Shown in pieces: positions 1 through 14,105 of a stretch of 64,000 bases of DNA. The notes under the pieces are model-generated. The model ran no database searches. It was not told where the DNA came from and saw only the letters and a list, made by a program, of their open reading frames with translations. Origin of the DNA: Lingula anatina (lineage: Eukaryota; Animalia; Brachiopoda); contig CM120640.1 in NCBI GenBank assembly GCA_051362555.1, positions 68,240,788-68,304,787 of the forward strand, written 5' to 3'. The position numbers were made by a program, and so were the translations under genes. How positions within the stretch are numbered: the stretch's first letter is position 1; the number at the start of each line of letters is the position of its first letter.

Positions 1-2416
1 TTTCTTCAGCTCTTATTCTCTGCCTTTCCTTGGCACCCTGCAGTTCATATGCCAATTCTGCCTCAGCTTTCTGAAATTTATGATAATTATCAAACAATTA
101 TTATCTACTAAAAATGTTTGTTTTTTAGACATTCAATTTAAAAATCAGCCTTCGTGAAGTACGCATACAAAGTCAAGATAAAAACATTGTACCATAGAAG
201 TAGGTGATTGTACAAAGGACAGCAGTGTGTCAACACACATGGTTACTACAGGAGCCACCTTACCCTGGCATTGACTTCAATATCAAAACTAGCTTTCTGC
301 ATCTGAAATGCCCTGGATGAGTCTGCGATCTTTGTGTCTGCTTCATATCTAACATCCATACGTGCTTTTTCACATTCAGCTTCCTAGGAAAGTAATGATA
401 ATGAGATTATCATTATGACAATAACTAAGTGCATATTATTCAAGCAACTTGGATGGATCAAATCCATACAGATACAAAAAAAATGTCAACTCACTCTGAT
501 TCCAGCGTCTCTGTTTGCTTCAGCTACACCAATATCTGCATCTCTCTTTACATTGGCTGTCTGAGCTCTTCCCAGAGAAGCAAGGTATTCCACATTATCA
601 AATACATCTTTGATTGTAAAGCTAAGAATCTCTATGCCCATCTTCCCCACATCAGGAGAAGCTACTTCTCTCACCAACTGAGCAAACTGGTCCCTGTCTT
701 GGTAAATAGCCTCCACACTCAGGGTACCTAAAAACAAGGCATTGAGGTATACATTGAATACACCAATCCATGTATTCAGTGAGTATCTATAAGAACAGAT
801 CCATACTATTGAAAATACTGAAATAGCTTAGGCAATGCACAGGCAGTATTGGAAACTGCCTCATATATTTCTGATTGCCATGTGACATTTTCAAAAAGGA
901 CTATTTCACTTCCTTACCAAGAATGGCCCTCAAATGACCTTCTAAAGTCTGTAGAATGACACTTTCAATCTGTCTCACATCTTTTCCCAGGAACTGTTCA
1001 CAGGCAGTGGCTAGCAGTTCTGGTTCTGTCATAACTTTGCACTGGGCCACCCCAGTTACTGTTAGAGGCACACCCTCTGAGGTCTCTACACTCTCACATA
1101 TTGGGTTGAGAGTCATCACCTCCAAGCTTATTCTGAAAGGTATAGGTTTCAATTTAGATATCATATGAGATAGCATTATGATTAGTAAAGCTAATCTATT
1201 CTCTGTATAGCAGCAATGAGCTGTACAGTTAATTCTTGAATCAATATTCTAAAGAGTGGACATTTTTAAGTTGTAACCTTGAATATAAAGGAATATTATA
1301 TAAACTAAAATGAATACTACACCAGTTTGATCCCACACACATTGAGATAGTGTTCTTACTTTTGCACATCTGTCACCAGACACCAGGCCCATCCCCAGCC
1401 TCCAATAATGGTCCTCTTCTCCTGTGCACCACAGCAGCCACCTTAATACAGCAACACATAATCATAAACTCAAATGCTAAACATGTGCTGAAAACTGTCA
1501 AAAAGAAAATTAAGTCAGAAGCAAGCGAAAATGGTCCACAAAGACACATATCAGTGATGCTCACATTTTGTGTGATATCTGTATAATTCTCTCTTTTCCC
1601 ACTATTTTTGCTGTTTTATACAATATCATAGTACCCTCCACTTGTTGCAGCAATCAACAGCAATTAAAAAGTTATCAAATGATGCAGGAGCAGGTGGTGA
1701 AATATATGATGATTGCGTAATAACCATTAGTTACAGCATGTACCCTACATTTAGTCCAGGAAATTACTGAATGTTCAACTGCATATTTCATTTAATGAAT
1801 AAGTGCATATTACTGGATTTATATTTCACAATATTAATAAATAAAAATCTGTCTGCCTTGAAACAGAAACAAAAAATATCACCATCCCTGGGTTCACTCT
1901 AAAGAGCCCTGAGATGAATTTTTGTTGTCAATGCTAAGTCAAATCTAAAGCGAACATTTCATACTCCCTTAAACAAATTAAAAAAAGATATGAATTTGAC
2001 TTAAACGTGCTTAGAGTAAGCCCAATAAACAGTACACTGTATCGTAACAACCTGATAGTGATACGCATGAAAATCGATGATTTCGAAATACGCATAAAAT
2101 AGACGGACATTCGTGTACCATACTCGTTTTCACTGTTGTAAACCAACAAAATTCACCATAAATTGTGAATAAAAAGCTGTCGCTGATCATCGCATATGAT
2201 ATTACAAATAACGCAGCATAGCACTAACTGCAATAATAATAGTAATATTACTAGTAGTAACAGTAGTAGTAAAAAGGAGGGGCAAACTCAGGTCGATTAC
2301 AGATAGGACGTAACATCTCCAGGCAGAAATAACGATCGCACGACAATGCAGAATTAACTTTACCAACCTGATATGACCAAGGCTTCGTTGGGCCCAGTGG
2401 TGTTGATATTCCCCAT
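1..2416 (-). CDS. FLOT2: Flotillin-2 (SPFH/band-7 family), 5' part; gene continues beyond window start. Coding exons 2416-2368, 1441-1360, 1132-918, 727-495, 383-264, 70-<1
   Basis: GT-AG spliced translation MGNINTTGPNEALVISGGCCGAQEKRTIIGGWGWAWCLVTDVQKISLEVMTLNPICESVETSEGVPLTVTGVAQCKVM...LQTLEGHLRAILGTLSVEAIYQDRDQFAQLVREVASPDVGKMGIEILSFTIKDV matches the flotillin-2 N-terminus (Gly2 myristoylation site, GGCCG palmitoylation motif). Confidence 0.95.
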
Positions 2417-2940
2417 CCTGTCAACTTACTAGATCATGGAAGCTAAGAAAACAGAATGAGGTTTGCAGATGTTTTGTTGTTGTTCTTAATGGCGACCTGC
2501 GACCGACCTCTCGTTATTTCGCAATCGCCTACTCGTGATCGCGTCATATTAAATGATAGCATGATAAGAATAGAATACTTTTCTAACACCTAGTATTAGA
2601 AAATATGTGTAAACGACAACAAAGGTGAAAATTATAATAGATTAAAATAAAAATTCATTTTCTAGATCATGACATCCCACCTGCAACTTATTATATGATA
2701 TCAACAACAATGATGATAAAAGAAATCTACCCTTTGATTATTCTTATTTCTTATCATTTAACTTTATTTACATGATTTATGTTACTTAAGTGACAAATTA
2801 ATCCCAAATGAGCCATTTGTACGTTATTTTAACGTTCGATCTACTTATGCGTCATGAGCATCTGCGACGAACAGACAGACATCAAGCTCAGTGGTAACAC
2901 CGGGGGTTATTTAAATGAAAATTAGTTGTTAGTTTGCCTG
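2417..2940. promoter_or_regulatory. Putative bidirectional promoter between FLOT2 (-) and PPP4C (+)
   Basis: Head-to-head genes about 1 kb apart. Locally CpG-enriched patches at ~2480-2545 and ~2820-2905. Likely PPP4C non-coding first exon ends at donor GTGAGT (2941), with acceptor at ~3433. Confidence 0.6.
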
Positions 2941-3439
2941 GTGAGTATTTTAAAGAGTTAACGCAATTTTAGATGTTATTCTGATATATAAAGATATCTC
3001 TGACGATTATGTGACGGATGTATAGCTCTTCCATCTAGCTTTTTATTGACAAACGACGGATTTGTCACTACAACTATTCAGCAATTCATTCGTCATAAAT
3101 TATATCAGCGGCAGAATTTGCAAGAAATAGCAGTTACGGTAGCACACTTTTTTTGTTATTTTTGATTTATCCGCTCAAGCTGAGTGTAAATATTTTATCG
3201 TTTTGCACATATAATTAAACAAAAGTGTCGTAAACAGTGTGGTTAGTATATAAATGACGTTCAAACTTTTGAGAAATGCCTGGCTTTATAATACAATTGC
3301 CATTTTTAAAACTGATCGGTGAAAAGTTTAATAAATTTTTTGAAAAGTATCACTGAGCTTCTGTGTGTGAAATGTTGGGGCGTTTTCAAACAGGATGGGC
3401 ATGATTTACCATGGTATTTGTTTTTTGGTTATAGGGATA

Positions 3440-6264
3440 ATGTCTGACACAAGTGATTTAGATCGACAGATAGAGCAGCTCCGCCGATGTGAAATTATCA
3501 AAGAGAGTGAAGTGAAAGCATTATGTGCCAAAGCAAGAGAAATTTTAGTGGAAGAAAGTAATGTACAGAGAGTTGATTCACCAGTCACAGTAAGTTAAAT
3601 ATTCCTTGAACATTCAGATTATTTTTACATCTTAAACTTAAAAATCTGGTGTGTTGTAGTGTGAAAGCAATTATTATCATTGATGATATCTGTCTGTTTG
3701 TTTAGAGACAGTATTGTGATGATTTAAAACCATTCACTCATCTGTTTCAGGTATGTGGAGATATCCATGGCCAATTTTATGACTTGAAGGAATTATTCAA
3801 AGTAGGAGGAGATGTTCCAGATACAAATTATCTGTTTCTAGGAGACTTTGTGGACCGAGGATTCTATAGTGTTGAGACATTTTTATTACTATTAGCATTA
3901 AAAGTAAGTGATTTTTTTTCTATTTTTTGAAAAGTTCATTTGTTGTAAGTTGAATTAATATTTGTGTAGAAACAACCCAAAGCTTTTTTTAGATATGTGT
4001 TAAAAATCCATTGTTTATCCTTTCAGGTAAGATATCCAGATAGGATAATGCTTATACGAGGCAATCATGAAAGTCGTCAGATTACTCAAGTGTATGGTTT
4101 TTATGATGAATGTCTTAGGAAATATGGATCCATAACAGTTTGGAGATATTGTACAGAAATTTTTGACTATTTAAGTCTTTCAGCAATCATTGATGGAAAG
4201 GTATGTATTACCTTTTGTGTAATCCATAGATGGAAGTTATTGCACCCCCCCCCCCCCAATAAAAAAGTGTATAAGTAAATTAATAAAGTTATTGAATGAA
4301 AAAATAAATAAAATAAAAAAAAGAATCCAGCATGCAGATACCTGTTGTGACATTACTTGTAAATAGTGATCCCTTGTGTCTTTCCATTTGAAAAGAGGTG
4401 TGATTGTATTAGTTTTTTTCCTCTTGCATATTGCATATTAGTATTGTACTGTATATCATTTTTTTCCACACAGTCTTCATATCATGTGACCAGTGACATT
4501 TTAAAGCTCAACTGAATTGGTTACTTATATTGTTAAAATCTATATTTTCTTTGAGTTAAATAGATATAAGGAAAGTGGCAAGATCAGATCATCAGAAGAA
4601 AGACCTGCATTGGACATCAACAAATCATTATTTGAAGTGTTTCTTTTGTGGTTGTATATATTTTAACTGATGTCACTTTTTAAAAACTACACATTTCCAG
4701 ATCTTCTGTGTCCATGGGGGTCTGTCACCGTCCATTCAGACATTAGATCAAATCAGAGCAATTGACAGAAAGCAAGAAGTTCCCCATGATGGACCTATGT
4801 GTGACTTGCTATGGTCAGACCCTGAAGGTAGGTCTTGAAACGCCTCATAAGATAGAACTTCAGTATTTGTTTAAACTTGTGTTCAGATGTATTTAAGTAA
4901 GAACCCTATAACCAAATTGTCAGATGTGATTAGTTTGACATTAATGTGTACTTGAGTATTCATATTGGCCATGTACTTTTATAAACTTTTTTACCCACAT
5001 TTCTCAGTAAAAGATCAATGATAAATCCTTTGTTGCAGATACCCTGGGCTGGGGTGTTAGTCCCCGTGGTGCTGGTTATTTATTTGGAAGTGATGTGGTG
5101 GCCCAGTTTAATGCTGCCAACAATGTAGATCTCATATGTAGAGCACATCAGCTGGTGATGGAAGGCTACAAATGGCATTTCAATGAGACTGTTCTTACTG
5201 TATGGTCAGCACCTAACTATTGTTACAGGTAGGTAATGGTAGTTGGAAAGATGATAATAATATTTATTTATAATCTAAAATCCATACAAAATGTTCAGTA
5301 GGCTTTACAGAGGTAAAATTAACAGAATAAGATTAATAAAGTTAATAAATAAATAGACAGTTAAGATAATAAGATATTAATAATGATGGTACAATGTAAG
5401 TAAATATGTAGACAGTTAAAATATTAATATATTAAAATAGATAGTACAAAGTAAAGAAAAAAGCCAGTTAAATCATTTCTGAAACTTTTTTGAAAATAAA
5501 AGTTTTCAATTCTTTTTTTCCTCGGAATTAACAAAAAAATTCATAGATGTTGATAAAATGAATTTAAAGCACCTCATCCTGTATATTGCGATTTTAAGAA
5601 TTGTCATTTTAGGCTGTTCACCAAAATGAAGTCTGCTATAAAATTGGCTTATAGAGTTATTAAAATATCTTTTTTAAATCCCACTTGTGAAAAATTGTTT
5701 TGGGAAATGTAATAGATCACTTTGATTCAAATTTAGAAAGCAGTCACGCTCTGCTGTAAATAAACATGCATGGAGTTGTCTCAGTGTCCTGGTAAAATAT
5801 CTCAATAACAAGAACCTTTGTCAAGTTTCATGTTTTTGTTTCATTATTTCAGATGTGGTAATGTTGCCGCCATATTAGAATTAGATGAACACCTGCAGCG
5901 GGATTATACAATATTTGAGGCTGCACCACAGGTAAAGCTACTGCAATGAATAGTACAAAATTTTAAACCTCACCTTACAAATGTACACATATTCTAGATT
6001 AGCAAGTGTCTCCCATGTTTTAGTTAGGTCTGTCTGGATAGAAAAACCAGTTGTACTATTTTAGAAACTGCAACCTGTTTTTGATGCATTTAGTTTAGAC
6101 TAAACTTATTTTTGACAAGTGATGAATATAACATAGAGTTCTTGAATGTGAATTTTTTGTGCAAGAAGTAAGATTTGGAGTGCAAATTTTATTTTTGGAC
6201 TTTTTATTTTTAGGACACAAGAGGAATTCCATCAAAGAAACCACAACCTGATTACTTTTTGTGA
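3440..6264 (+). CDS. PPP4C: Ser/Thr protein phosphatase 4 catalytic subunit. Exons 3440-3589, 3751-3903, 4027-4200, 4701-4827, 5039-5228, 5853-5931, 6214-6264
   Basis: [58 protein letters not shown]; PPP motifs GDIHG, GDFVDRG, RGNHE, SAPNY; C-terminus [16 protein letters not shown] is PP4-type (DYFL). All junctions are GT-AG and in frame. Confidence 0.97.
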
Positions 6265-7874
6265 TTAGTTCTTGAAATGTGACTGAAAACTGCAAAAAAA
6301 ATGAAAGCATATATTTATTCCAATATTGTACACAACAAAGGAACCCATGCAGTGAATTGGAGCAATTAAATATGGCAGGGACAAAGGCAGTTCTTGGAGT
6401 CTTCTCTAAATGTTTTATGGAAGAACACTAAGTGACAGAATTGGTTGTTGTTAAATGTAATTTAAATCCAGTGCCAGTGAATGACAGGAACCTGTTCAGT
6501 AGTGATGAAAAATGATACCTCTATAGAGCACCAAAATACAAAACATACATACAATGAATTAATATTATGATACTGCACTGTTAAATATTCCAGTGAGTGA
6601 CCTAATGATAGACATTACCAGTGCTGTTTTAAAGACCACAGCATTGATTATACATGTTCATTTCTTTGAATTATCTCAAGCATTGTGAGATGTGGGTAAA
6701 TAACACTACAGATTACACCTTGAATCTCGACAATACAGTATCTATTGAAATGTTGATATTTAAAGAAATTAGATTTATAGTGACAAAAATGTGCAGTAGA
6801 ATATAATTTTATAGTTATGGATGTATAGTGATAAAATATATGAATGAGATGAATATGCGCATTGATTTTGCCTCAGAAGGTCTTGCAAACTTTGTTAGAA
6901 AAGATAGGTGTGATAGTCAATAGTGGATTTATGTAACATTCGTATTTTAATACAAAGTTGAATCTGTAAATAACATTGTTTTAAAGCCCTTTCTATACCC
7001 ATTGTAAATAAATTCAAGAAGTTCATAGATTCCATTGTTATTTTCTTGTTTGAACAGTAGGCATCTTAATTTTTTTGCAAGGGAAAATAGTAATTATAAC
7101 ATTTAAATAATAATATGTTAAATAAAGTACCTATATTTTATGATATGATTTTTATAAAAAGCACCAGAGGTTGTCTATCAAGAAGCAGTTTGCCCACTAA
7201 TGTGCCCACGTTGCCAAGCCTACTCGCCGATTGCGGTAGTTGTGTCACATTTCTCTCGTAAACGAACTTCCGGCAGGTCGCACATTGGGTAAGTAAGCAA
7301 GCACGGTGATCTTCACTGTTTGTAGACTTTAACGTGCATGTCATTGTTAGATTATGAGCCTACTCATAGTCTGCATCAGAATCTTTTTATCAGTATTCAC
7401 ACACGGGGACCTGTTAGCCAAAAATTGCACCTGTGAGTCTTTCCAGTGACGTATATCCGCAACTTGACATCAACTATGTGGCAGGTCAAAAGTAATTCGA
7501 TATTTGTAGACAGTAAACTTAAAAATGCACATTTACAGCGTTATTTATTGATACAAGTTTTAATTTGATTATGTGCTAATGGTATTCGCAGGCTCTATCC
7601 GATAATTTTTAGTGTCGTATTTTGAGTCGTTTACCACTAATTACCAGGACAGGTGTGTCGTTTTTGTTGTTGCTGTTGCTGAATCGAAAGCGAACTGAGG
7701 TTTCAGTTTCAATTTTCGAGTACATATTGAACTGACGATATAAACAGAAGCGCTAATGACTAAATGGAATATGGGCGAGGTTATAAATACCAAATAAAGC
7801 AAGCTTTTCCATGGATTACCAGTATACATACATAACATACATGTAAATATGCCATAAGATCGAGATCACAATTT

Positions 7875-8131
7875 GGGACCATTCCCACAGATATTTGGAT
7901 CGATCTATTTCCCTGGGGAGTCTCACTAAATTGCTATCAACATAATTGGCTTAAATGTCTGGTATGCCTAGTAAAGCTGTTAGGAGATAATTATCTTTAC
8001 CCTAGCTGATTCGGTGGACGTGACAGACATTTTTAAAAGCCGCTTGGGCTGCTAACAATTTAACATAAACATGAACCCCCAGGGAGTTAGGTCGATCCAG
8101 ATGGATCGATCTAAGTATGGGCACCCAGTCT
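7875..8131. mobile_element. MITE-like element (family A), copy 1
   Basis: Degenerate terminal inverted repeats (CCCACAGATATTTGGATCGATCTA ... GGATCGATCTAAGTATGGG). Reverse-complement similar to 12560-12777 (shared GAACCCCCAGGGAGTTAGGTCGATC and GGCTTAAATGTC). Confidence 0.65.
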
Positions 8132-8628
8132 AAGAAAAGCAAGGGTAGTTATAATCATTATAATATAACACACGAATAGTGTAAAGGGACATCATGTTGC
8201 AATGATTTTGTTGTGAACAATTTAGGGGTTCTTGATAACATATATATGCATGGGACCTAAAAAGAGAAAAACATGACCAATAAATAAAATCTCACAATCT
8301 GTTTTCATGAAATATATATTGGTCCTTGTGATATTGAACGTAGTATAAGCAAGTCTACATTCAGCAGGTGGATTAATGTTGAAGGCATTTTAAATATTTC
8401 ATGTTTCATTTATTGGTAAAATTATCAATAACTTGAAGTATGGGTAAAGTATTATAAATTTTCAAGAAGATTTTCAAGTGAAGTATAACGTTTTTTTCCA
8501 TCTAAAATCGAAGAAAAATTAATAATGTGGAATGCTCCTTTATCATGTAGGGAGTGACAATGTTAGGAAGAAGCACCAGAAGATCTGTGGTTAATCTTCA
8601 TGTATTTATCACATTTCATGACAGCAGT

Positions 8629-11600
8629 ATGGCAGATACATCTGATCCTCTTCATGTGCAGACACCATTGATAGAGAGCACAGTGCTGAGCAAGTTGGGA
8701 GGCTTTCCTGTTTATTTAAAACTAGAGAATTGTCAACCAACTGGTTCATTTAAGATAAGAGGGATAGGAAATTTGTGTCAGAAGGTAAGGTCACAAGAGC
8801 TGCTATGAATTTTGGATAGTAAATCCTTAATATTTTTAATATTCAGTATATATTGCTTTTTTTACCCTGTATGTGTGATTTTTAAAACAAGTCATACACC
8901 ATCCAGTTGCTGCTTAAAGAATCTGTTTAATTGCACTGGTTCTTGGGTGATTCTACAGTAAGTGCAGTCTCAAATCATTTTTTCCTTCTTTGATGCTGGA
9001 TATACCCAATGGAATAAATTAAATCTCTCCATTTTACCAGTAAGTAATGAATTAGTAGAACTAATAGTGTCAAAAAGTGTTACAGAGGGAGAAAATACTT
9101 TGGGATGGCCCATTAATATTAAATTATTGACTTCACATCACAATGTAGCCTAATTTCAAAGCTATTCCAAGGCAGCATTCAAAATCAATTGATCTGCTGA
9201 CTAACTACTTGTAGTCCACGGATCAAATATGGTGCGACCCACTTGAAAGCATGGCCAGATTTAATTGGTCTGTCCCTTCCTGGATGGCACCTGAGGAATA
9301 CAGGAATTCATTGTCAGGTGTGCGCCATATTTGATCCGCAGACTAGTTACTCCGCCGATCAGCTGGAAAGCCATACCTCAGATATACATTTATTTAATAA
9401 AATGACCATAATTATTTGTACTTTTTATCAATTTTTAAGGCTGCACAGCAAGGTTGCAGTGAAATTGTTAGTTCTTCTGGTGGAAATTCAGGCCTGGCTG
9501 CAGCGTATGCAGCAAGGAAACTTGGTCTCCATGCTTCCATTGTAGTGCCTGAGACAACACCTCCATTTACCAGAGACAGGCTAAAAGATGAGGTTCAGTG
9601 ATTTATGATATAAATGTGTTATTTTAATAATACCTTATACCCTAATAAGAATAAATCTTTTGTGGTGAATGTTTAAATTTTTCTATTTACTAAAAAGATC
9701 TTAAATTAAAATGTTTGATGACACCCCCCTCACCAGCACAGCCACCACCACCATCACCACTACTTAAATACAAAAGTCTTCTCATTTTAGGGAGCAGAGG
9801 TTGAAGTTCATGGGAAAGTTTGGAATGAAGCAAATGAGTTGGCCTTGAAGATGGCCAGTAAACCTGGTATGGAGACTTTATATGATGATCAGCTGGAAAT
9901 GTATCAAATATGTTAATAATTATGGTATAAACTATGAGTGAACGATATAATTAAAAGAGTTCATTTGAGCCATACAACATTGTAAATATATCTTCATTCA
10001 AATGAATTATCACCTTCTGTAAGGCTTCACTGTAATTAGAATGCAGAATTATTCTTGAAGATTGGTTTACGATAGTGTTCTGCTTCCTGGGCATTTGATT
10101 CTGGTGCAAAATCACCATTCACATGTCATAGGTCCATAGATGGTGGTCCAAAATTTTGCGTTTGTTATTTAGTCTCTAAGTTAGGAACATTGACATAATA
10201 AGAGAAGGACATGAAACGCTGAGCTACATCAAAGGATAATCGGCTTAACGTGAGCTCTTCACGAAACCATGTGCGTTCGGATCATGTGACCTCCCGTACA
10301 GGTAGCGAGCATATCGCAGTTGTCGATGATTTTTTGTGTCATTTGGGCAGGTAGTTCGCGATAACGTGAGTCAATCCTTCGGGTGGATGGGACAATACAC
10401 TTATAGAGATTATGTATTAGTACAATTTGTTCTGTCAATTTGGAAACTATGTGAGAATTTGATATGTTTGTTCATGGAGGAATTCAAAATGCCCTATGTG
10501 GGAAGGACAATCTTGTTTGTTGCCGTAAAATGAGCATTCAAAATTGTACAATTGTAGTGTAGTATACTTGTTTTCAGCTATGATCCGATTGGAAAATATT
10601 TCTAGTGTCAAACTTTTCTCTCTATGTGAGAAATAAGCCTGAGACGCGGCAATAATGAAACCTTCAATCGTGTCTTGAATTAAAATGAAGCAATTCCTCT
10701 CCGATTTATTCAACTCGCTGACATCGTTTTAGGTCTGGTATTTTTTACGTACCGTTTAGAAAAAGGTGGCATTTACACTGCTGTGTACTATATGTATAGG
10801 TTTATGTTACTTGCTCATGTGAGGCCGAATTATATAATGATAATTAATATTTTTAACTTTCAGTATGGGCTCTCGTTGCAATAGGGCAACACACACGCAT
10901 TCTTGACGCACAAAAACGCACCTGGGGGCCTTTTAATATTCTTTTATCATAGTTGACATTAACACTGCTCTGAAGTATATATAATTTTACACATTACCGA
11001 CTACGGTCTGCTCCAGTCTGAGAATGAAAAATTTTTTTTTTTAACTTTCAATATGGGCTCTCATTGCAATATGGCACCACACACGCATTCGTTACGCACA
11101 AAAACGCACCTGTGGGCCTTTTAATATTCTTTTATCAAAGTTGACATTAACACTGCTTTGAAGTATATATATATTTACACATTACCGGCTACGATCTGCT
11201 CCAGTCTGAGAATGATAATTATTATTTTTTTAAACTTTCAATATGGGCTCTCATTGCTATACGGCACCACAAACACATTCGTTACACACAAAAACGCACC
11301 TGTGGGCCTTTTAATATTCTTTTATCAAAGTTGACATTAACACTGCTCTGAAGTATATATAATTTTACACATTACTGCCAATGGTCTGCTCCAGTTTGAG
11401 AATGATAATTAATAGTTTTTCATTTTTAAATTGGAGTCCCTAAACAGCATAGAGACGATGGACAAACACCCTCATTGGTCTTTTAATTAAAGTATAAATG
11501 TGGACATGTACACATGCAAACTTCATGATTATATTTACTTGGGTAATGGTCGTTTTAATGAGGTAACAGGAAAAGATACTGAAAACCCAAAACAAATTTC

Positions 11601-14073
11601 CACGTGTTGGCGCAAGTGTATGTGCTAGCAACTGCAAGATGGAGGCAATGCTGTATCATAGCAACCACAAGGGACCGTGAGAAATTGCGTTATCCATGCA
11701 ATAGAACAAAAGAATTTCAATGAGGCACAGCGCACGCTACCTTGATAATAAGTTGTTCAGGCTCCCGTGGAGCTATCAAAACAGCTTATCTGAGACAATG
11801 GGCAAATGTTTACCCGAACGCACATAGCTTCAAAGGAAGATGCCGCGTTTCATGTCCTTTCATATTTAGGTCCAAGTTAGGAATAATTCTATTTTATCAT
11901 TCTAGTATCTAGAAACCATGACAAACACTCTTTCATAGCTCACTGTAATAGTTTAGAAAGACTATTTGGAACAAAATATGTTCTTGTACTAGTACATGTA
12001 CATGTATATGGTATGCAGTCAGAGTGATAATATCTGTTATCTACCTTTTGTTTTTTGTAGTGCTTAGACAAATACATGTAATAACTTTTACAAAACTTTG
12101 TTTATTAGGTTGTGTAATGGTCCATCCCTTTGAGCATCCTGATATTTGGTAAGTGCAGTGGATCATCTTTGTCTAAAATATGTAGCTTTCAGCATATCAT
12201 CATGCTTTTGGTTTGATTTCCACACCCTGACTTTCATCTTGAAAATTGCTGGCATACAGGTGCTCTCTGCATTTAGGCTGAAAATAGCAATGGCAATATG
12301 CACTGATATGAAAGGGAGTTCCACTGATATTTTGAAACTAATTTTAATAACATAGAGCTTCTGTTTTACTTGATAACAGAAATTTAAAATGTGATGCGCT
12401 TGTTGTTTTAGGGCTGGCCACAGTACAATGATCATAGAGGCAGCTAAACAAATGCATCAGCCTCCTGGTGCTATCATTGCATCTGTTGGGGGAGGAGGCT
12501 TAATGAATGGCATTTTGGAAGGTATGATTATTCTTCTCAAAAAATGTATGGAAACACTTAGACCCCATTCCCAGAGATTAGATCGATCCAAACTAGATCG
12601 ACCTAACTCCCAGGGGGTTCACGCTAAATAGCTGTCAGCTGAGCGGGCACGAAAGTTAATTACCCCCTTACAGCTTGTAGTAGGCGGGACGGACATTTAA
12701 GCCAGATTATCTGACAGTAATCTAGTGAGTTTCCCCACAGGGATAGATTGATCTAAAATCTATGGGAATACGCCCTTAGTTCCAATACTTTTTTAAGTGC
12801 GTTAGCTAAAACTTTGGGTAAACATTTTCACTTGTCTCATATTGGCAGAAATGTCTCAGACATGGATTCTATATAATGATGGCTTATTAGAATTTGACAC
12901 ATTTTTGCATATGAGAGGTTCCATCAATCCAGTAGTGAGAGTGTGATTGGTGCCTTCTCTTTCTCAGGGATGACAAAAGTTGGTTGGCAGCACATTCCTG
13001 TGGTAGCTGTAGAAACAGAAGGAGCTAACTGCCTGAATGCTGCAATACAGGCTGGCAAAATTGTTACCTTGCCAGGGATAACTAGGTATTGAAAGAGTGT
13101 GACAACATAAAAAACATACCAAAATATGTCTTTATGTTTGTTACAGAGCTTTTTGGGGAAAATCATACGAAGTTCAGTACATTAAAGGCTGTTTATTTTG
13201 GCCAAAAATTGGATTTTCCTGGAGTAAACGGCAATTTTCCCGTATTAACCAATGGTTAATGACTCCGTTCCTGCATTCAAAGGTAGTCCAGGTTTTTTTT
13301 CTCTTAAGAGTTTGGTTTTTTGTTATAATATCTGAAGAGATTATAACAGATGGAGCCCTCTCTGACATTGCATAGTCATGCCATATCGAACGAGATTTTG
13401 TGGTGACCTACTTAAAACCGCAGGACAAGCAGACAGCAACAACACTATATAATAATAATATAAGATTCATAAGATCTTATTACTCAAAACGCATTAATAT
13501 CTACAATGTGTGCAGTACTGGACTTTTCGTTATCCAACGTAACTCACAACCTACATCTGAAAACTGCATCACGCGTCTGCTTTCGTCTGCTGCCATTTGT
13601 TGTTTTGGTCTCGAATGAATGAGAATCTTCATGACACCCCAACATCATTGGCAACGGATGGCTTGACCACCGGGAAGAAGGGCATCGAAAGCCCGATTGA
13701 CAAGCACAGATTTTAGTTTTACTACAATAACAGCCGTTTTAGTGGTAAAAAGCAACATAAGATATTTCCATGCGTTGTTTACAATGTATTTCTTGTGGAA
13801 TTTTGAATCTCAAAAGAACAGTTATTATTGCTTTCAGTTTGATCTTACCATGTCATTCCCAGCATTGTCTTTGTTTCAGCATAGCGAAGTGCCTTGGATC
13901 CACAGTTGTTTCTACACAGCTGTGGGACCAGCACAAGCAATATAAGTTTCACTCAGTGGTGGTATCAGACAAGGATGCTGTCATGGCATGTCATAGATTT
14001 GCTGGTAAGAATAACTAGTTTTACCTATCATAAATGATGACATTTGAAATTTGTTTTTTAACAACCTCTTCCC

Positions 14074-14105
<32 letters not shown>

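Noticed and set aside
13180-13830. Possible Kolobok-like element in an SDS intron (TTAAAGG start, CpG-rich interior)
   Set aside because: I could not find a convincing matching right-hand TIR.
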